Shown here: positions 8,277 to 17,749 of the stretch, in pieces | How positions within the stretch are numbered: the first letter of the stretch is position 1 | Layout: every line of letters begins with the position of its first letter | NCBI GenBank assembly: GCA_040878325.1 | Contig: JBBDMM010000002.1 | Coordinates: 62,001 to 126,000 of the forward strand | Reading direction: 5' to 3' | Length of the DNA: 64,000 nt | From: Acidimicrobiia bacterium | Lineage (GTDB): Bacteria; Actinomycetota; Acidimicrobiia; Spongiisociales; UBA11373 | Program-made: the position numbers and the translations under genes | The notes under the pieces: generated by a model | The model's input: only the letters and a program-made list of their open reading frames with translations | The model's database searches: none | Told to the model about the DNA's origin: nothing

Positions 8277-9416
8277 TCACACCGGCAGCCCCAGGTCGCG
8301 TGAAATGAGCAGTCGCTGAATCTCGCTGGTGCCCTCGCCGATCTCCAGAACCTTGGCATCGCGATAGAGGCGGGACACGGGGGTGTCGTCGATGAAGCCC
8401 GCTCCGCCGAAGATCTGGGTGGCATGCCGGGACGCGGTCACCGCTGCCTCGGATGCGTACAACTTGGCGATGGCTGCCGCAGCGCGGTGGTCCATTCCTG
8501 AGTCGCGCAACCAGGCGGCGCGATAGGTCAGCAGCCGGGCCGCCTCGATCGCGACGTGCATGTCGGCGATGCTGAACGCCACGGCCTGATTGGCCCCGAT
8601 CGGCTTGCCGAACGCCTCGCGTTCCTTGGCGTAGGCGAGGCTGTAGTCGAAACAGGCGCGCGCCACTCCCACCGACATGGCGGCAATGGCAATGCGTCCC
8701 TCGTCGAGAATCGACAGGAACTGACGAAGGCCCTGGCCCCGCTCACCCAGGATGGCGTCTGCCGGCACCCGGCAATCTTCGAGCCGCACCGGGTGGGTAT
8801 CAGAGCCGCGCCACCCCATTTTGTGATAGCCCGGCCCCACGATCAGACCAGGGGTGCCGGCCGGAACGATGAACGCGGAGATCTCGTCCTGCCCGGTGAG
8901 GGCGGTGACGGTCACCAGCGAGGTGATCGCGGTGCCGGAGTTGGTGATGAACGCCTTCTCGCCATTGAGCACCCACTCGCCCCCGTCCTGCTGTGCCCTG
9001 GTGCGGGTGGCCCTGGCGTCGGAACCGGCGTCGGGCTCGGTCAGGCCGAAGGCGGCCAGGGCGCGTCCGGCGAGCAGGTCGGGCAACCACCGCGCCTTTT
9101 GCTCGGCGGTCCCGAATCGATTGATCGGGTTGGCTCCGAGGCCGACGGCCGCCTCGAGAGTGATCGCCATGGATGAATCCGCCCTGGCGATCTCCTCGAC
9201 CGCGATACAGAACGTGGCGAAGCCGGCGCCCGACCCGCCGTACTCCTCGGGAAACGGCAGCCCGAAGAGGCCGAGGTCGCCCATCTTGCGGACCACCTCT
9301 AGAGGGAACTCGGCCGATCGGTCCCACTCGGCGGCTCGAGGAACGATCTCGGCTTCGGCGAAATCGCGGACAACGCGCCGGAAGGCCTCGTGCTCGGGTG
9401 AGGGGGAGAAGTCCAA
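8277..9416 (-). CDS. Acyl-CoA dehydrogenase (short/branched-chain type)
   Basis: AFGLTEPDAGSDA, NGEKAFITN, R.AFGKPIG.NQ, IFGGAGF, EIGEGTSEIQR; TTG start chosen to give MDFSPSPEHEAF. Confidence 0.93.
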   Translation of the reverse strand: MDFSPSPEHEAFRRVVRDFAEAEIVPRAAEWDRSAEFPLEVVRKMGDLGLFGLPFPEEYGGSGAGFATFCIAVEEIARADSSMAITLEAAVGLGANPINRFGTAEQKARWLPDLLAGRALAAFGLTEPDAGSDARATRTRAQQDGGEWVLNGEKAFITNSGTAITSLVTVTALTGQDEISAFIVPAGTPGLIVGPGYHKMGWRGSDTHPVRLEDCRVPADAILGERGQGLRQFLSILDEGRIAIAAMSVGVARACFDYSLAYAKEREAFGKPIGANQAVAFSIADMHVAIEAARLLTYRAAWLRDSGMDHRAAAAIAKLYASEAAVTASRHATQIFGGAGFIDDTPVSRLYRDAKVLEIGEGTSEIQRLLISRDLGLPV

Positions 9417-9481
9417 TGCGGGGCGGAGGATAATGGTGAAAGTGATGCTGAGGTTCACGGAGGACGCGCGGTGGGGGCCCA

Positions 9482-9549
9482 CCGCCTACCGCCAACCGCC
9501 AGACGCGCCGGAATATGGCCGCATCTGTTGGGGGAGTCGCGAGTCGCTC
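9482..9549. repeat. Short heptamer repeats (CCGCCTA/CCGCCAA; GAGTCGC)
   Basis: ccgcctaccgccaaccgcca ... gagtcgcgagtcgc in the intergenic gap. Confidence 0.5.
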
Positions 9550-9551
9550 CC

Positions 9552-10751
9552 CTATCCCCCGCCTTCTCTCGGGCCCACTATGGGGCCGGCGAGGCTGGAG
9601 AGGGAGCCGTTGATTCCGGCGGCGCGAGTGAGCGGCAGGCCGGTCTCGACGTCCACCAGGACGAAGGTGGTCGCGGGCCGGATGGCCGCCGGAACAATCT
9701 GTACCTCCTCGAGCGAGAACCCCCGCCAGGCAGTGCCCTCGACGACGACTCCCGACGGGAGCGGTGGGGCAGTGCGGAGCGGCGAACCGGACATGCACCG
9801 CACGGCAGGCCGGCCGATCTCGTCGATCAGCACCGCGGTGCCGCGCTGCAACACCGCCAGCCTGGTTGAGATGCGACCGTCAAGGTAGCCGTGGTCGGTG
9901 ACCACCGTGTCGCGCAGCAACACCACCGGGGTCAGGGTCTCGAGCACCGTGGGGATCGCGGCGACGTCGATTCCGGCCGCGGTGGCCCAGGCCAGCCCGG
10001 CCTGTTCGTTCCGGGAGAGATAGGCCGCCAGCGCACCGACGTCACACACGTCGCCCCGTTCGACCGCGCCGTACGCCCCAGGACTGGTACCGACCCGGAA
10101 CTGCGACCCCGTCTGGGTGGTGGCGGGCCCCGAGCAGGGGCCGTAGGGGCTCCAGTCGTATCCGCGCAGCGACCCGCCAGCGTCGGGCAATCCGATGGAA
10201 ATCGCGACCGGACGGGATCCTTCGACGGTTACACACACCGCCGATCCATCGCCTGCTTGCAGCGTGAAACGGCCGTCGTCGTCGCGGCCATCCCCATCGG
10301 TATCGGAGAGATCGTCGAGTGCGGCGGTGGCGCCGAGAACGCGTTCGGCCACCCGTCGAATGTCGGTGACCGTCAACTCCCCGCTGGCGTCACGCTCCCG
10401 CATCAACTCGTGTCCGAAGTCACCCGCCGCCAGTTCGTCGGCCAACGAGTGACGGCGGTGCGGCGACTCGAGGGCAGCCGCATTGAGCGGGGGCAATGCG
10501 ATGAGCAGCGGATCGACCGCGAGGTCGACCGCGATGGGGTTGGTGAAAGGTCCCTGGCCCGGGTCGTCGATTGTCTGCAGCACCACCACGCCGATCCCGC
10601 GCCCGATGGCGAACTCGACGCCATTCGACGGTTGACGGTCGCCATGGACCGTCAACACCACCACCCCGGCGACGGCGACGGCCAGCCCGAACGCAGTGAT
10701 CGCGCCGAGCACGCGCAGAAACCCCGCCGACCCGAATTCCCCGTCGCCCAT
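9552..10751 (-). CDS. Membrane-anchored DUF6777-like protein
   Basis: N-terminal TM; C-terminal CDV..L..YL...AWA...LTPVVLLRDTVVTDHGY...VLQRGTAVLIDEIGRPAVRC.SGSPL. Confidence 0.75.
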   Translation of the reverse strand: MGDGEFGSAGFLRVLGAITAFGLAVAVAGVVVLTVHGDRQPSNGVEFAIGRGIGVVVLQTIDDPGQGPFTNPIAVDLAVDPLLIALPPLNAAALESPHRRHSLADELAAGDFGHELMRERDASGELTVTDIRRVAERVLGATAALDDLSDTDGDGRDDDGRFTLQAGDGSAVCVTVEGSRPVAISIGLPDAGGSLRGYDWSPYGPCSGPATTQTGSQFRVGTSPGAYGAVERGDVCDVGALAAYLSRNEQAGLAWATAAGIDVAAIPTVLETLTPVVLLRDTVVTDHGYLDGRISTRLAVLQRGTAVLIDEIGRPAVRCMSGSPLRTAPPLPSGVVVEGTAWRGFSLEEVQIVPAAIRPATTFVLVDVETGLPLTRAAGINGSLSSLAGPIVGPREGGG

Positions 10752-10793
10752 ATGACCAAGAGTAGTTGACACGACTACGCATGGTGACAGCGT

Positions 10794-10918
10794 CCTCCCC
10801 TGCCGGCTTCGGCGGGGGGAGGGGGACCGCCCGCAGGGCGGGACGGAGGGGGCAGCGGAGACAGCGTGCGGTCCAACGACTGAGCCTCTCCAGAAACCCA
10901 GAGGTCAGCTGCCCCCCT
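10794..10918. repeat. GC-rich multi-hairpin REP-like palindromic element
   Basis: CCTCCCCTGCCG-gctt-CGGCGGGGGGAGG, CCGCCC-gca-GGGCGG, GGGGGCAGC...GCTGCCCCC. Confidence 0.55.
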
Positions 10919-10947
10919 ACCCCGGAGGCCGCTACTGTCCCGCCACC

Positions 10948-11847
10948 GTGACCCACCTCTCCGCGCTGGTCGGGATCGTCGCCATCTCCTTCTCGGCGAT
11001 CTTCGTGCGGCTGGCCGACGTGTCCCCCACTACGGCCGCACTTTTTCGGGCGGCGTATGCGATCCCATTTCTCTTCGCGGTGCACCTGGCTCGCCGCCAC
11101 CCCCGGCCGCGACGGGCGCGGGTGTTGGCCTTCTCCGCCGGGGTGCTACTGGCCGTCGACTTGACGATGTGGCACATCGCCATCGAATACATCGGGGCCG
11201 GGCTCGCCACCGTCGTCGCCAACGTCCAGGTCGTCTGGGTCGGCATCGTCGCCTGGATGGTCTATCGGGAGAAGCCGACCAACACGGCATTTGCCGTGGT
11301 CCCAATGGTGCTCGTCGGCATTGCCCTGATCGGCGGCCTCGGCCGGGACGACGCCTTCGGAGCGCGTCCCCTCCTCGGAGCACTGCTCGCCGCTGGCGCG
11401 TCGATCACCTATACCGGATTCCTTCTGCTGTTTCGCGCCTCGAACCGCTCACTTGGCCCCACCGCCGGGCCCCTTCTCGAGGCAACCGCCGGTGCCGCTC
11501 TAGCCATGTTCTTGATCGCCCCTTTCGACGCGGGCTTCTCGCTGAAGGTCGAGTTTCCGGCACATGGATGGCTCATTGCGCTGGCGGTCATCGGCCAGGT
11601 GTTCGGATGGCTGCTGATCGCCGGAGCGCTGCCCCGCCTGCCCGCTCTGGAGACCTCGGTGATGCTGCTGGTGCAACCAGCGTTGACCGTCTTGTGGGCC
11701 CGCCTGCTCTTCGACGAGAACCTCGCGGCCATCCAGTGGACGGGGGTGGCGATCGTGATGACCGGTGTCGCCATCGCCGGAGCGCGCGGTTCCGTCCGCC
11801 CTCCGGCGGCTACTGAAGTTGCGGAAACCACACTCCCAGGTCCCTGA
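10948..11847 (+). CDS. EamA/DMT family transporter
   Basis: About 10 hydrophobic helices in two EamA halves; GTG start after a TACTGT -10 box. Confidence 0.88.
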   Translation: MTHLSALVGIVAISFSAIFVRLADVSPTTAALFRAAYAIPFLFAVHLARRHPRPRRARVLAFSAGVLLAVDLTMWHIAIEYIGAGLATVVANVQVVWVGIVAWMVYREKPTNTAFAVVPMVLVGIALIGGLGRDDAFGARPLLGALLAAGASITYTGFLLLFRASNRSLGPTAGPLLEATAGAALAMFLIAPFDAGFSLKVEFPAHGWLIALAVIGQVFGWLLIAGALPRLPALETSVMLLVQPALTVLWARLLFDENLAAIQWTGVAIVMTGVAIAGARGSVRPPAATEVAETTLPGP

Positions 11848-12520
11848 AGAACCGGGACCGCGGCAATGCGTCGTGGGCCCCCAACGACCGAGCCCGCACC
11901 ATCGCCATGTCGTCGACGTGGGGCCCAAATGCGATGACCCGCCCGGCGGACCCGGATAGCGCACGGATGGCAGCGTCGGCGCCGGGTTCCTCCAAGTCGA
12001 CAAACCCCACCGCCCACGTGACGTCCGGTGGAATTTCGCCGACCACATCGAGCCGATACCCGGCTGAAACCGCCTGCTGTTCGATCCGGGTGCGATCCAT
12101 GAGATTGCGGGACACGAGCACGGCCGCGGGCCGAATCGAGGCCGCTTTGGCGGCGCCCCACTGAAGGTGGGCACGCCAGGCAGCCTCACCCAGGTCCTGC
12201 GACGAAGCCGGGGCGAGTCCGAAGAGGTCACCCGGCAGCGCCACGGCCGCTACCTCGTCTCGAGGGACCGCATCGATTCCATGCCGACCGAGCGCGTCCG
12301 TAGGAAACCGCATTGCCTCCTGGAAGAGCTCCAGTGGTGATCGTCCCTGTTGAGCGAACGGCAAGGCGAGCAGCTCCGAAAGCTCACCAGCGAGCCACTC
12401 CTCCCCCTCGCCGATCGATTCACCGACCGAGGGCCATCCCGCCGACTCGATCCGACTCTCGACATAGGGCCGATAGGCCGCAACGAACGCGCCGACGAGG
12501 GCTTGAGCAACCGATTGCAC
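11810..12520 (-). CDS. Conserved hypothetical protein with a C-terminal degenerate receiver-like domain
   Basis: High-GC3 ORF; C-terminal VGFVDL...RVIAFGPHVD...ARSLGAHDALPRSRF resembles a CheY-like fold. Confidence 0.6.
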   Translation of the reverse strand: MQSVAQALVGAFVAAYRPYVESRIESAGWPSVGESIGEGEEWLAGELSELLALPFAQQGRSPLELFQEAMRFPTDALGRHGIDAVPRDEVAAVALPGDLFGLAPASSQDLGEAAWRAHLQWGAAKAASIRPAAVLVSRNLMDRTRIEQQAVSAGYRLDVVGEIPPDVTWAVGFVDLEEPGADAAIRALSGSAGRVIAFGPHVDDMAMVRARSLGAHDALPRSRFFRDLGVWFPQLQ

Positions 12521-12678
12521 CAACCGAGCGTAAGCGAACTACTCCGAGATGTTTCCCCGCGAACCGCCAATCGCGCCCGAGCGATTCGACGGCCCACATC
12601 AAGCCGACGGTGCGTCGGGTGAGCGCCCTGAACGAGGCGGTAGAGTCACCCTCCAATCCCACTTGAGAGAAGGTAGAA

Positions 12679-13485
12679 ATGCGCCGTCTGATCGTCTTGG
12701 CAGCGCTGGTGGCCGTCGTGGCCTCGGCCTGCAAGATCGAGACAAACTTCGGCGTCGTCATCAACGCAGACGGCTCCGGGACCATCAAGGCCGAGGTCGG
12801 CATGGACGACGAGGCCCAGCAGTTCCTTTTGACGGAGGGCGGCGACCCCTTCGAGGGCAACGACCTGTCGGAGGTGCCTGGAGCCGTTCAGACGACCGAG
12901 ACCCGAGGCGATCTCGACTATTGGATCATCGAAGTCCCCGTAGCGGACGTGACCCAGATCGAGGAGGATGTCACCTCCGCCGAGAACTCGCTGCTGAGCG
13001 AGTTCGACGTCGAAGTCACCGACACCCTCATCACGGTCCGGGCCACCGCGGCGGCAGAAGATGCCATCGGCGAGGACACCGAAGGCTTCGACCCGTCGGT
13101 CCTCGAGGATTCGCTCTCCTTCAACGTCCGCATCACGCTCCCCGGCAAGATCCTGGAGCACAACGCCGACAGCCGCGAGGGCAACACCCTCATCTGGGCA
13201 GTGCCCATCCTCGGCGGGACACTCGACGTCCAGGCGCAATCGGATCCGAGCCAGCCCGAAGACGGCGGCGGAGGCGGCGGGATCCCGATGTGGGTGTGGA
13301 TCGCCATCGCCGCCGCGGTCGTTGCCGGAGCCGTCTACTACTTCATGCAGCAGCAGAAGAAGGCAGGCGCTTCACCGGCGGTAACCGGCGAAATGCAGGC
13401 CGCCGCCCCGGCGGCCGACGACCCCTTCGCCGTTACCGCTCCGCCGGCGCCCGAGCCGCCTCCCCCACCACCCGCGAACGAGTAG
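12679..13485 (+). CDS. LppM-like lipoprotein with C-terminal TM and Pro-rich tail
   Basis: Lipobox VASA-C, INADGSG, ITLPGKILEHNAD..EGNTLIW; SD GAAGG. Confidence 0.75.
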   Translation: MRRLIVLAALVAVVASACKIETNFGVVINADGSGTIKAEVGMDDEAQQFLLTEGGDPFEGNDLSEVPGAVQTTETRGDLDYWIIEVPVADVTQIEEDVTSAENSLLSEFDVEVTDTLITVRATAAAEDAIGEDTEGFDPSVLEDSLSFNVRITLPGKILEHNADSREGNTLIWAVPILGGTLDVQAQSDPSQPEDGGGGGGIPMWVWIAIAAAVVAGAVYYFMQQQKKAGASPAVTGEMQAAAPAADDPFAVTAPPAPEPPPPPPANE

Positions 13486-13934
13486 TGCGACTGGTCGTAG
13501 TGGACTTGATCCCGGCCCTCCTCTCGTGGGAGGGCCGGGATCATTCCCGGGACCCCCAGGTGGCCCCCGACGCGGCTACCGCACTCGGCGACCTGTTCAT
13601 GCGGTTCCGAATGGCAGGGGTGGTCGACGCCGCGTCCGAAACGAGCGGCAGCCAGCTGCGCGATCACCTCGGACGGAACGAATTGCTCGACTATTTCGAC
13701 ATGGTGGGAACGACCGCGGAATTCGGGCCGACGATGTCGCCGCGAGTGATGCGTCGCATCGTCCGGGTGCTCGGGGGTCCCGACGACCGGACCCTTCTCG
13801 TGACCGCCCGATCGGAACTGATCGAATCGTTCTCGCGGTCGCGGATCCCTCTCGTGATCACGACGATGGCTGAATTCGGGTCGGTGGTGGAAGTCGTCGA
13901 CGGCCTCCTCGGCGGGGGCCGGATCAACCCGTGA
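13485..13934 (+). CDS. Hypothetical protein, degenerate HAD-like fold
   Basis: GTG overlaps the upstream TAG; VRLVVVDL, LLDYFDMV and downstream strand pattern are HAD-like but DxD is incomplete. Confidence 0.55.
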   Translation: MRLVVVDLIPALLSWEGRDHSRDPQVAPDAATALGDLFMRFRMAGVVDAASETSGSQLRDHLGRNELLDYFDMVGTTAEFGPTMSPRVMRRIVRVLGGPDDRTLLVTARSELIESFSRSRIPLVITTMAEFGSVVEVVDGLLGGGRINP

Positions 13935-14895
13935 AGACCTGCACGGTCATCAACCCGAGCGGACCCCGGATGACCGCGATCCCGACCGTCGCAAACTCGC
14001 TGCCGAGAATGTTGGCTCGATGGCCCGGGCTGTCCATGAGACCGTTGTGCACCTCGTTGGGCGTGGCCGCCAGCGCAAGATTCTCGCCCGCGAGTCGGTA
14101 GGAGATCCCCGCGGCACGAAGCCTGTCGCCGACGCTGCCGGTCCGGGGCGACTCGTGGGCGAAGTAGCCCTCGACATACATCTCGCGCGCGTGTCGCGCC
14201 GCCACGCCGGCCAGATCCCCGCTCCACCGCAGCGGCTCGAGGCCGGCCTCGACGCGGGAAGCGTTCACCTTCTCGAAGATCTCCTCCGCCGTGTCACGAT
14301 CGCGCTCGAGGTCGTCGGGATCGACCGGAGGGATCTCCAACGACTCTCCGGGGCCGATGACCACCTTCCGATCTCCGACCAGTTCCCGGAGGTTCAGCAT
14401 CGCCTCGACGATCCGGTCGCCGGCGAAATCGGCGAAGACGTCCTGGGGCAGTCCGTCCGGATCGGTGAGGGTCCTGGCGATCAGCGAGTCGTCGAAGTGG
14501 CCGGCAACAGTCGGCGGCATGGGCAGGATCACGCCGATCGTCATTACCAGGGTGGCAACGAACACCCCCCACGCGGCAGCCAGGCTCGCCCCACCCGCCC
14601 GGTTCACCCCGTTGAGGCCCGGCAAGCGGAACCGCCCCTCGATGAGCCTCGCGGCGATCGCGGCGCCGGCACCGACCACGAAGAAGACGACCGAGCCCCC
14701 GATCAGCCTTGCCACGGGCTCGGAGAACCCGAACAACGCTGACAACACCGAACCCACCAGGGGGGCGAGACGGAACGCAAGGATGATCCCGACGATCAGG
14801 CCGGCCAAATCGAAAGCCTCGCGTACGAAGCCCCGCGCCCACCCGCGAACGAGCAGGTAAGCGAGCAACAGCAGCGCAAGGAAGTCGATGAGCAT
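13924..14895 (-). CDS. CvpA-family membrane domain fused to a CAP/SCP domain
   Basis: N-terminal GWARGFVREAF...NRAGG (CvpA); C-terminal HAREM...YFAH.SP...AGENLA...GLMDSPGHRANIL (CAP). Confidence 0.85.
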   Translation of the reverse strand: MLIDFLALLLLAYLLVRGWARGFVREAFDLAGLIVGIILAFRLAPLVGSVLSALFGFSEPVARLIGGSVVFFVVGAGAAIAARLIEGRFRLPGLNGVNRAGGASLAAAWGVFVATLVMTIGVILPMPPTVAGHFDDSLIARTLTDPDGLPQDVFADFAGDRIVEAMLNLRELVGDRKVVIGPGESLEIPPVDPDDLERDRDTAEEIFEKVNASRVEAGLEPLRWSGDLAGVAARHAREMYVEGYFAHESPRTGSVGDRLRAAGISYRLAGENLALAATPNEVHNGLMDSPGHRANILGSEFATVGIAVIRGPLGLMTVQVFTG

Positions 14896-15605
14896 CAGGA
14901 TTCGAGCTCGATGCGCATGCGCTTGTTGCCCTTTCCCTTGCTCTCGGTCTTGACCACCGCCACCCGGCCGACCTCCGAGGTATTCGCCACATGGGTGCCA
15001 CCGTCGGCCTGCTTGTCGATCGTGCCGATCTCGACGACGCGGATCGGGTCGACGGAGTCGGGGATCAAGTTCACCTTGGTCCGAATGAGATCCGAGTCCG
15101 CCAGTGCCTCGGCCCGGGGGATAAAGAGAACCTGAACCGGGTGGCCCTCGGCCAGGGCACCGTTGAGCCTCCGCTCGACCTCCTGGCCGAACTCCACCGA
15201 CATGGTCTCGAGTTCGAAGTCCATCCGGGCAACCCCGGGCTCCATGTTCCCGCCAGTGACCTTCGCCCCCCAATCGCGCCAGATGACCGCAGAGAGGACA
15301 TGGAGGGCGGTGTGGGTCCGCATCAGCCGGTAGCGACGCTCCCAGTCGATCGTCCCGGTGACCGTCGTCCCCGGCACCGGCGGATCACCATCGGGTAGGT
15401 GAACCACCTGCCCCTCGCGCTTGTAGGTATCGGCGATCCGAACCGATCCACCCGCCCATTCGAGCAGGCCGGTATCCCCCGGTTGTCCCCCGCCCCGCGG
15501 ATAGAAGACCGTGCGGTCGAGAACGATCCCGTCCTCGGCCACTTCGACGACGATGCCAGCGGCCTCGCGCAGATAGGCATCAATGCCAGCCAATTCATCC
15601 GTCAT
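14895..15605 (-). CDS. alaX: Free-standing alanyl-tRNA editing protein AlaX (AlaX-M type)
   Basis: LDRTVFYPRGGGQPGD, MRTHTALH, IDKQADGGTHV, KGNKRMR; SD GGAGG. Confidence 0.9.
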   Translation of the reverse strand: MTDELAGIDAYLREAAGIVVEVAEDGIVLDRTVFYPRGGGQPGDTGLLEWAGGSVRIADTYKREGQVVHLPDGDPPVPGTTVTGTIDWERRYRLMRTHTALHVLSAVIWRDWGAKVTGGNMEPGVARMDFELETMSVEFGQEVERRLNGALAEGHPVQVLFIPRAEALADSDLIRTKVNLIPDSVDPIRVVEIGTIDKQADGGTHVANTSEVGRVAVVKTESKGKGNKRMRIELES

Positions 15606-15635
15606 TCGACCTCCTCCAGGTCGCGAAACCAGAAT

Positions 15636-17711
15636 CTAACCGAGGGGGGTGACACGGCGGGCGCGGCGGATCGTCGTCAGCACGATGAGGGCGATGAGAC
15701 CCAACCCACCAACCGCAAGCGGCCATATCGGCACCGACCGAGATGACGGCTCGGGTTCTGGCTCCGGAACGGTTGTCGTCGTGGTCGTCGGAACTGGGGG
15801 CGTGGCCAGCTCGATCTCGACGCTCACCGAACCCGAGGGGGTCTCCATCGCAACCAACCATGGCCCGGGTCCGGCGAGCGGAGTCTCGGGGCACTCGACC
15901 ATGGTGGGGGCTGAAACGCCCCCCGCAACGATCGAACACGGCAGGGCGGAGCCTCCGTCGACGACCAGCACGAGTCCCTCGTCGGGCACATCCACCATCG
16001 CCCGGATCTCCGCTCCACATGCCACCGAGGCGGTGCCGCGCGTCACCGGCTGACACGACATTACGAGATCGGCCGGGTCGGTCAGCGCTTCCCTCCCGGT
16101 CCACAGCGCCAGGATCGCCTCGACCCGCCTGCGGTTCACGCTGCCGAAGACGGGCATGGACGTCGAGTTCATGATGGAGTCGGCCGTCGGCCGCACCGCG
16201 TCGTCGCCGTCCGAGTAGCACCCGGAGACCTCATACCCGACTCGGACCCGATCGGTGAAGAATGGGTCCACCCACAACGACGTTCGCTCCAACGCCGCGA
16301 TGTACCGGTACACGAAGGGATCGATCTCGCCTTCGAGATCCCCCCACCAGTCCTCCGCAGTCGATTGGTCGGGGGCACAATTCGGATATCCGTGGGTCAC
16401 ACCCCGCTCTGGCTCGGTGTACTCGTCCCTGAGGTCGAACAGCGAGTGCCCCCACTCATGGGCGAGGGTCGTAGCCTCGCCCAGCGGCCACTCTCGGGGC
16501 AGCGACAGATACGCCCCGGCGAGCTCGAGGCCGTCACGTGAGATCGCGGTCGGCCCATTCGGGCTCGTGAAGGAGGTCCACCCGGCCTCCGACCGACCGA
16601 ACCTGCCCACGGGATTGAGATGAAGTGAAGTCACCGCGACGTCGGGCAGGCCGAGGTCGGGTGCCGGCGGGCCGAAGCCGAACGGTGGGGCCGAGTGGAC
16701 CAGCGCCCGCGGATCACCCACGAGATCATCAAGCACCCATATGTTGAACCGGTACCGCGCCGAGTCGAGCGGTTCGATCGAGAAGGGCCCGAACTGGATC
16801 GTGGCGATCAGTTCGGGCGGGGTCTCGTCCGACACGGGCCTCCCGTCGAATCCGAGGACCCAGGGCCCGTCCCAGGTCAGCAGCTGGCGAGCCAACTCGA
16901 GGGCATCCTTCACCGACTCGAAGCCGCTCGGGGCGAACACGATGTTGATGCGGTCCGCCTTCGGCCGATTCCATCCCGGGACCACCTCGAGCAGTTCACC
17001 GGTACCCACCTGGAACAACTGCCCCCCTGGCACAGGCACGCACGACTCGGCGGTGTCACCCAGGCAGGGGGTCACGCGATAGCGTCCTGGTGGCAGGGAG
17101 GCGACGTCGATTTCGATGATCTCGAACGCGTTGCGCTGTACCGCGCCGACCTCCACCATGTGCAGCACTTCGCTCCCGTCGCGATCGGTCACCAGGGCAT
17201 ACGCGGTGTCGGCGTTCACCGATGACTCGACCCATACTTCGAGGCGATCTCCCTCGATCACATACGGCTCCCGTCCATAGGTCGGGGTGAAGTTGACCCC
17301 GTGAGTCGACCAGTCGACCGCCTCGAACGACGCCAGATATGGCGACAGCTCACCGGAAATGAGGACGCGAACCGACCGGTTTCCCGTGAAGTAGTAGGCG
17401 TTCAGGCCGAGACACACCAACTCCATGGCTTCGACGACACAATCGGCCTGGTCGTCGTTCGCGTCGTCGAATTCGATGTCCTGATCGGCGACATGCGGCC
17501 CGAAATACGGGTCGAGCTGTCCAGGGCGAGCGAGGGGAAAGCGGCAGTCGACGAATTGGCCCTCGAGCACGGTCTCGGGAGAACACGCTCCCTGCATGAC
17601 GTCATCGATCGTCAGATACCCCTCCACCTCGCCCGCGTCGGCTGGAGCCGGGCCGAGCGATTGGGTGACCACGGCACAAACCAAGACGATGGCAAGGCGA
17701 ATGGGGAACGT
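15636..17711 (-). CDS. Secreted, C-terminally anchored M64-family (IgA peptidase-like) metallopeptidase; apparent ACG start
   Basis: RINIVF, AHEWGHSLFDLRDEY zinc motif, C...RPTADSIMN; SD GGAGGT 5 nt before an in-frame ACG giving signal peptide MFPIRLAIVLVCAVV...PADA. Confidence 0.75.
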   Translation of the reverse strand, partial: TFPIRLAIVLVCAVVTQSLGPAPADAGEVEGYLTIDDVMQGACSPETVLEGQFVDCRFPLARPGQLDPYFGPHVADQDIEFDDANDDQADCVVEAMELVCLGLNAYYFTGNRSVRVLISGELSPYLASFEAVDWSTHGVNFTPTYGREPYVIEGDRLEVWVESSVNADTAYALVTDRDGSEVLHMVEVGAVQRNAFEIIEIDVASLPPGRYRVTPCLGDTAESCVPVPGGQLFQVGTGELLEVVPGWNRPKADRINIVFAPSGFESVKDALELARQLLTWDGPWVLGFDGRPVSDETPPELIATIQFGPFSIEPLDSARYRFNIWVLDDLVGDPRALVHSAPPFGFGPPAPDLGLPDVAVTSLHLNPVGRFGRSEAGWTSFTSPNGPTAISRDGLELAGAYLSLPREWPLGEATTLAHEWGHSLFDLRDEYTEPERGVTHGYPNCAPDQSTAEDWWGDLEGEIDPFVYRYIAALERTSLWVDPFFTDRVRVGYEVSGCYSDGDDAVRPTADSIMNSTSMPVFGSVNRRRVEAILALWTGREALTDPADLVMSCQPVTRGTASVACGAEIRAMVDVPDEGLVLVVDGGSALPCSIVAGGVSAPTMVECPETPLAGPGPWLVAMETPSGSVSVEIELATPPVPTTTTTTVPEPEPEPSSRSVPIWPLAVGGLGLIALIVLTTIRRARRVTPLG

Positions 17712-17749
17712 GACCGACCTCCGGGTCGGGAGTGTAGGTCGGGGCTGGA

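Noticed and set aside
14990..15015. AlaX zinc ligand Cys replaced by Asp (QADGGTH)
   Set aside because: I recall this variant in other actinobacterial AlaX-M proteins and Asp can still bind metal; not evidence of novelty.
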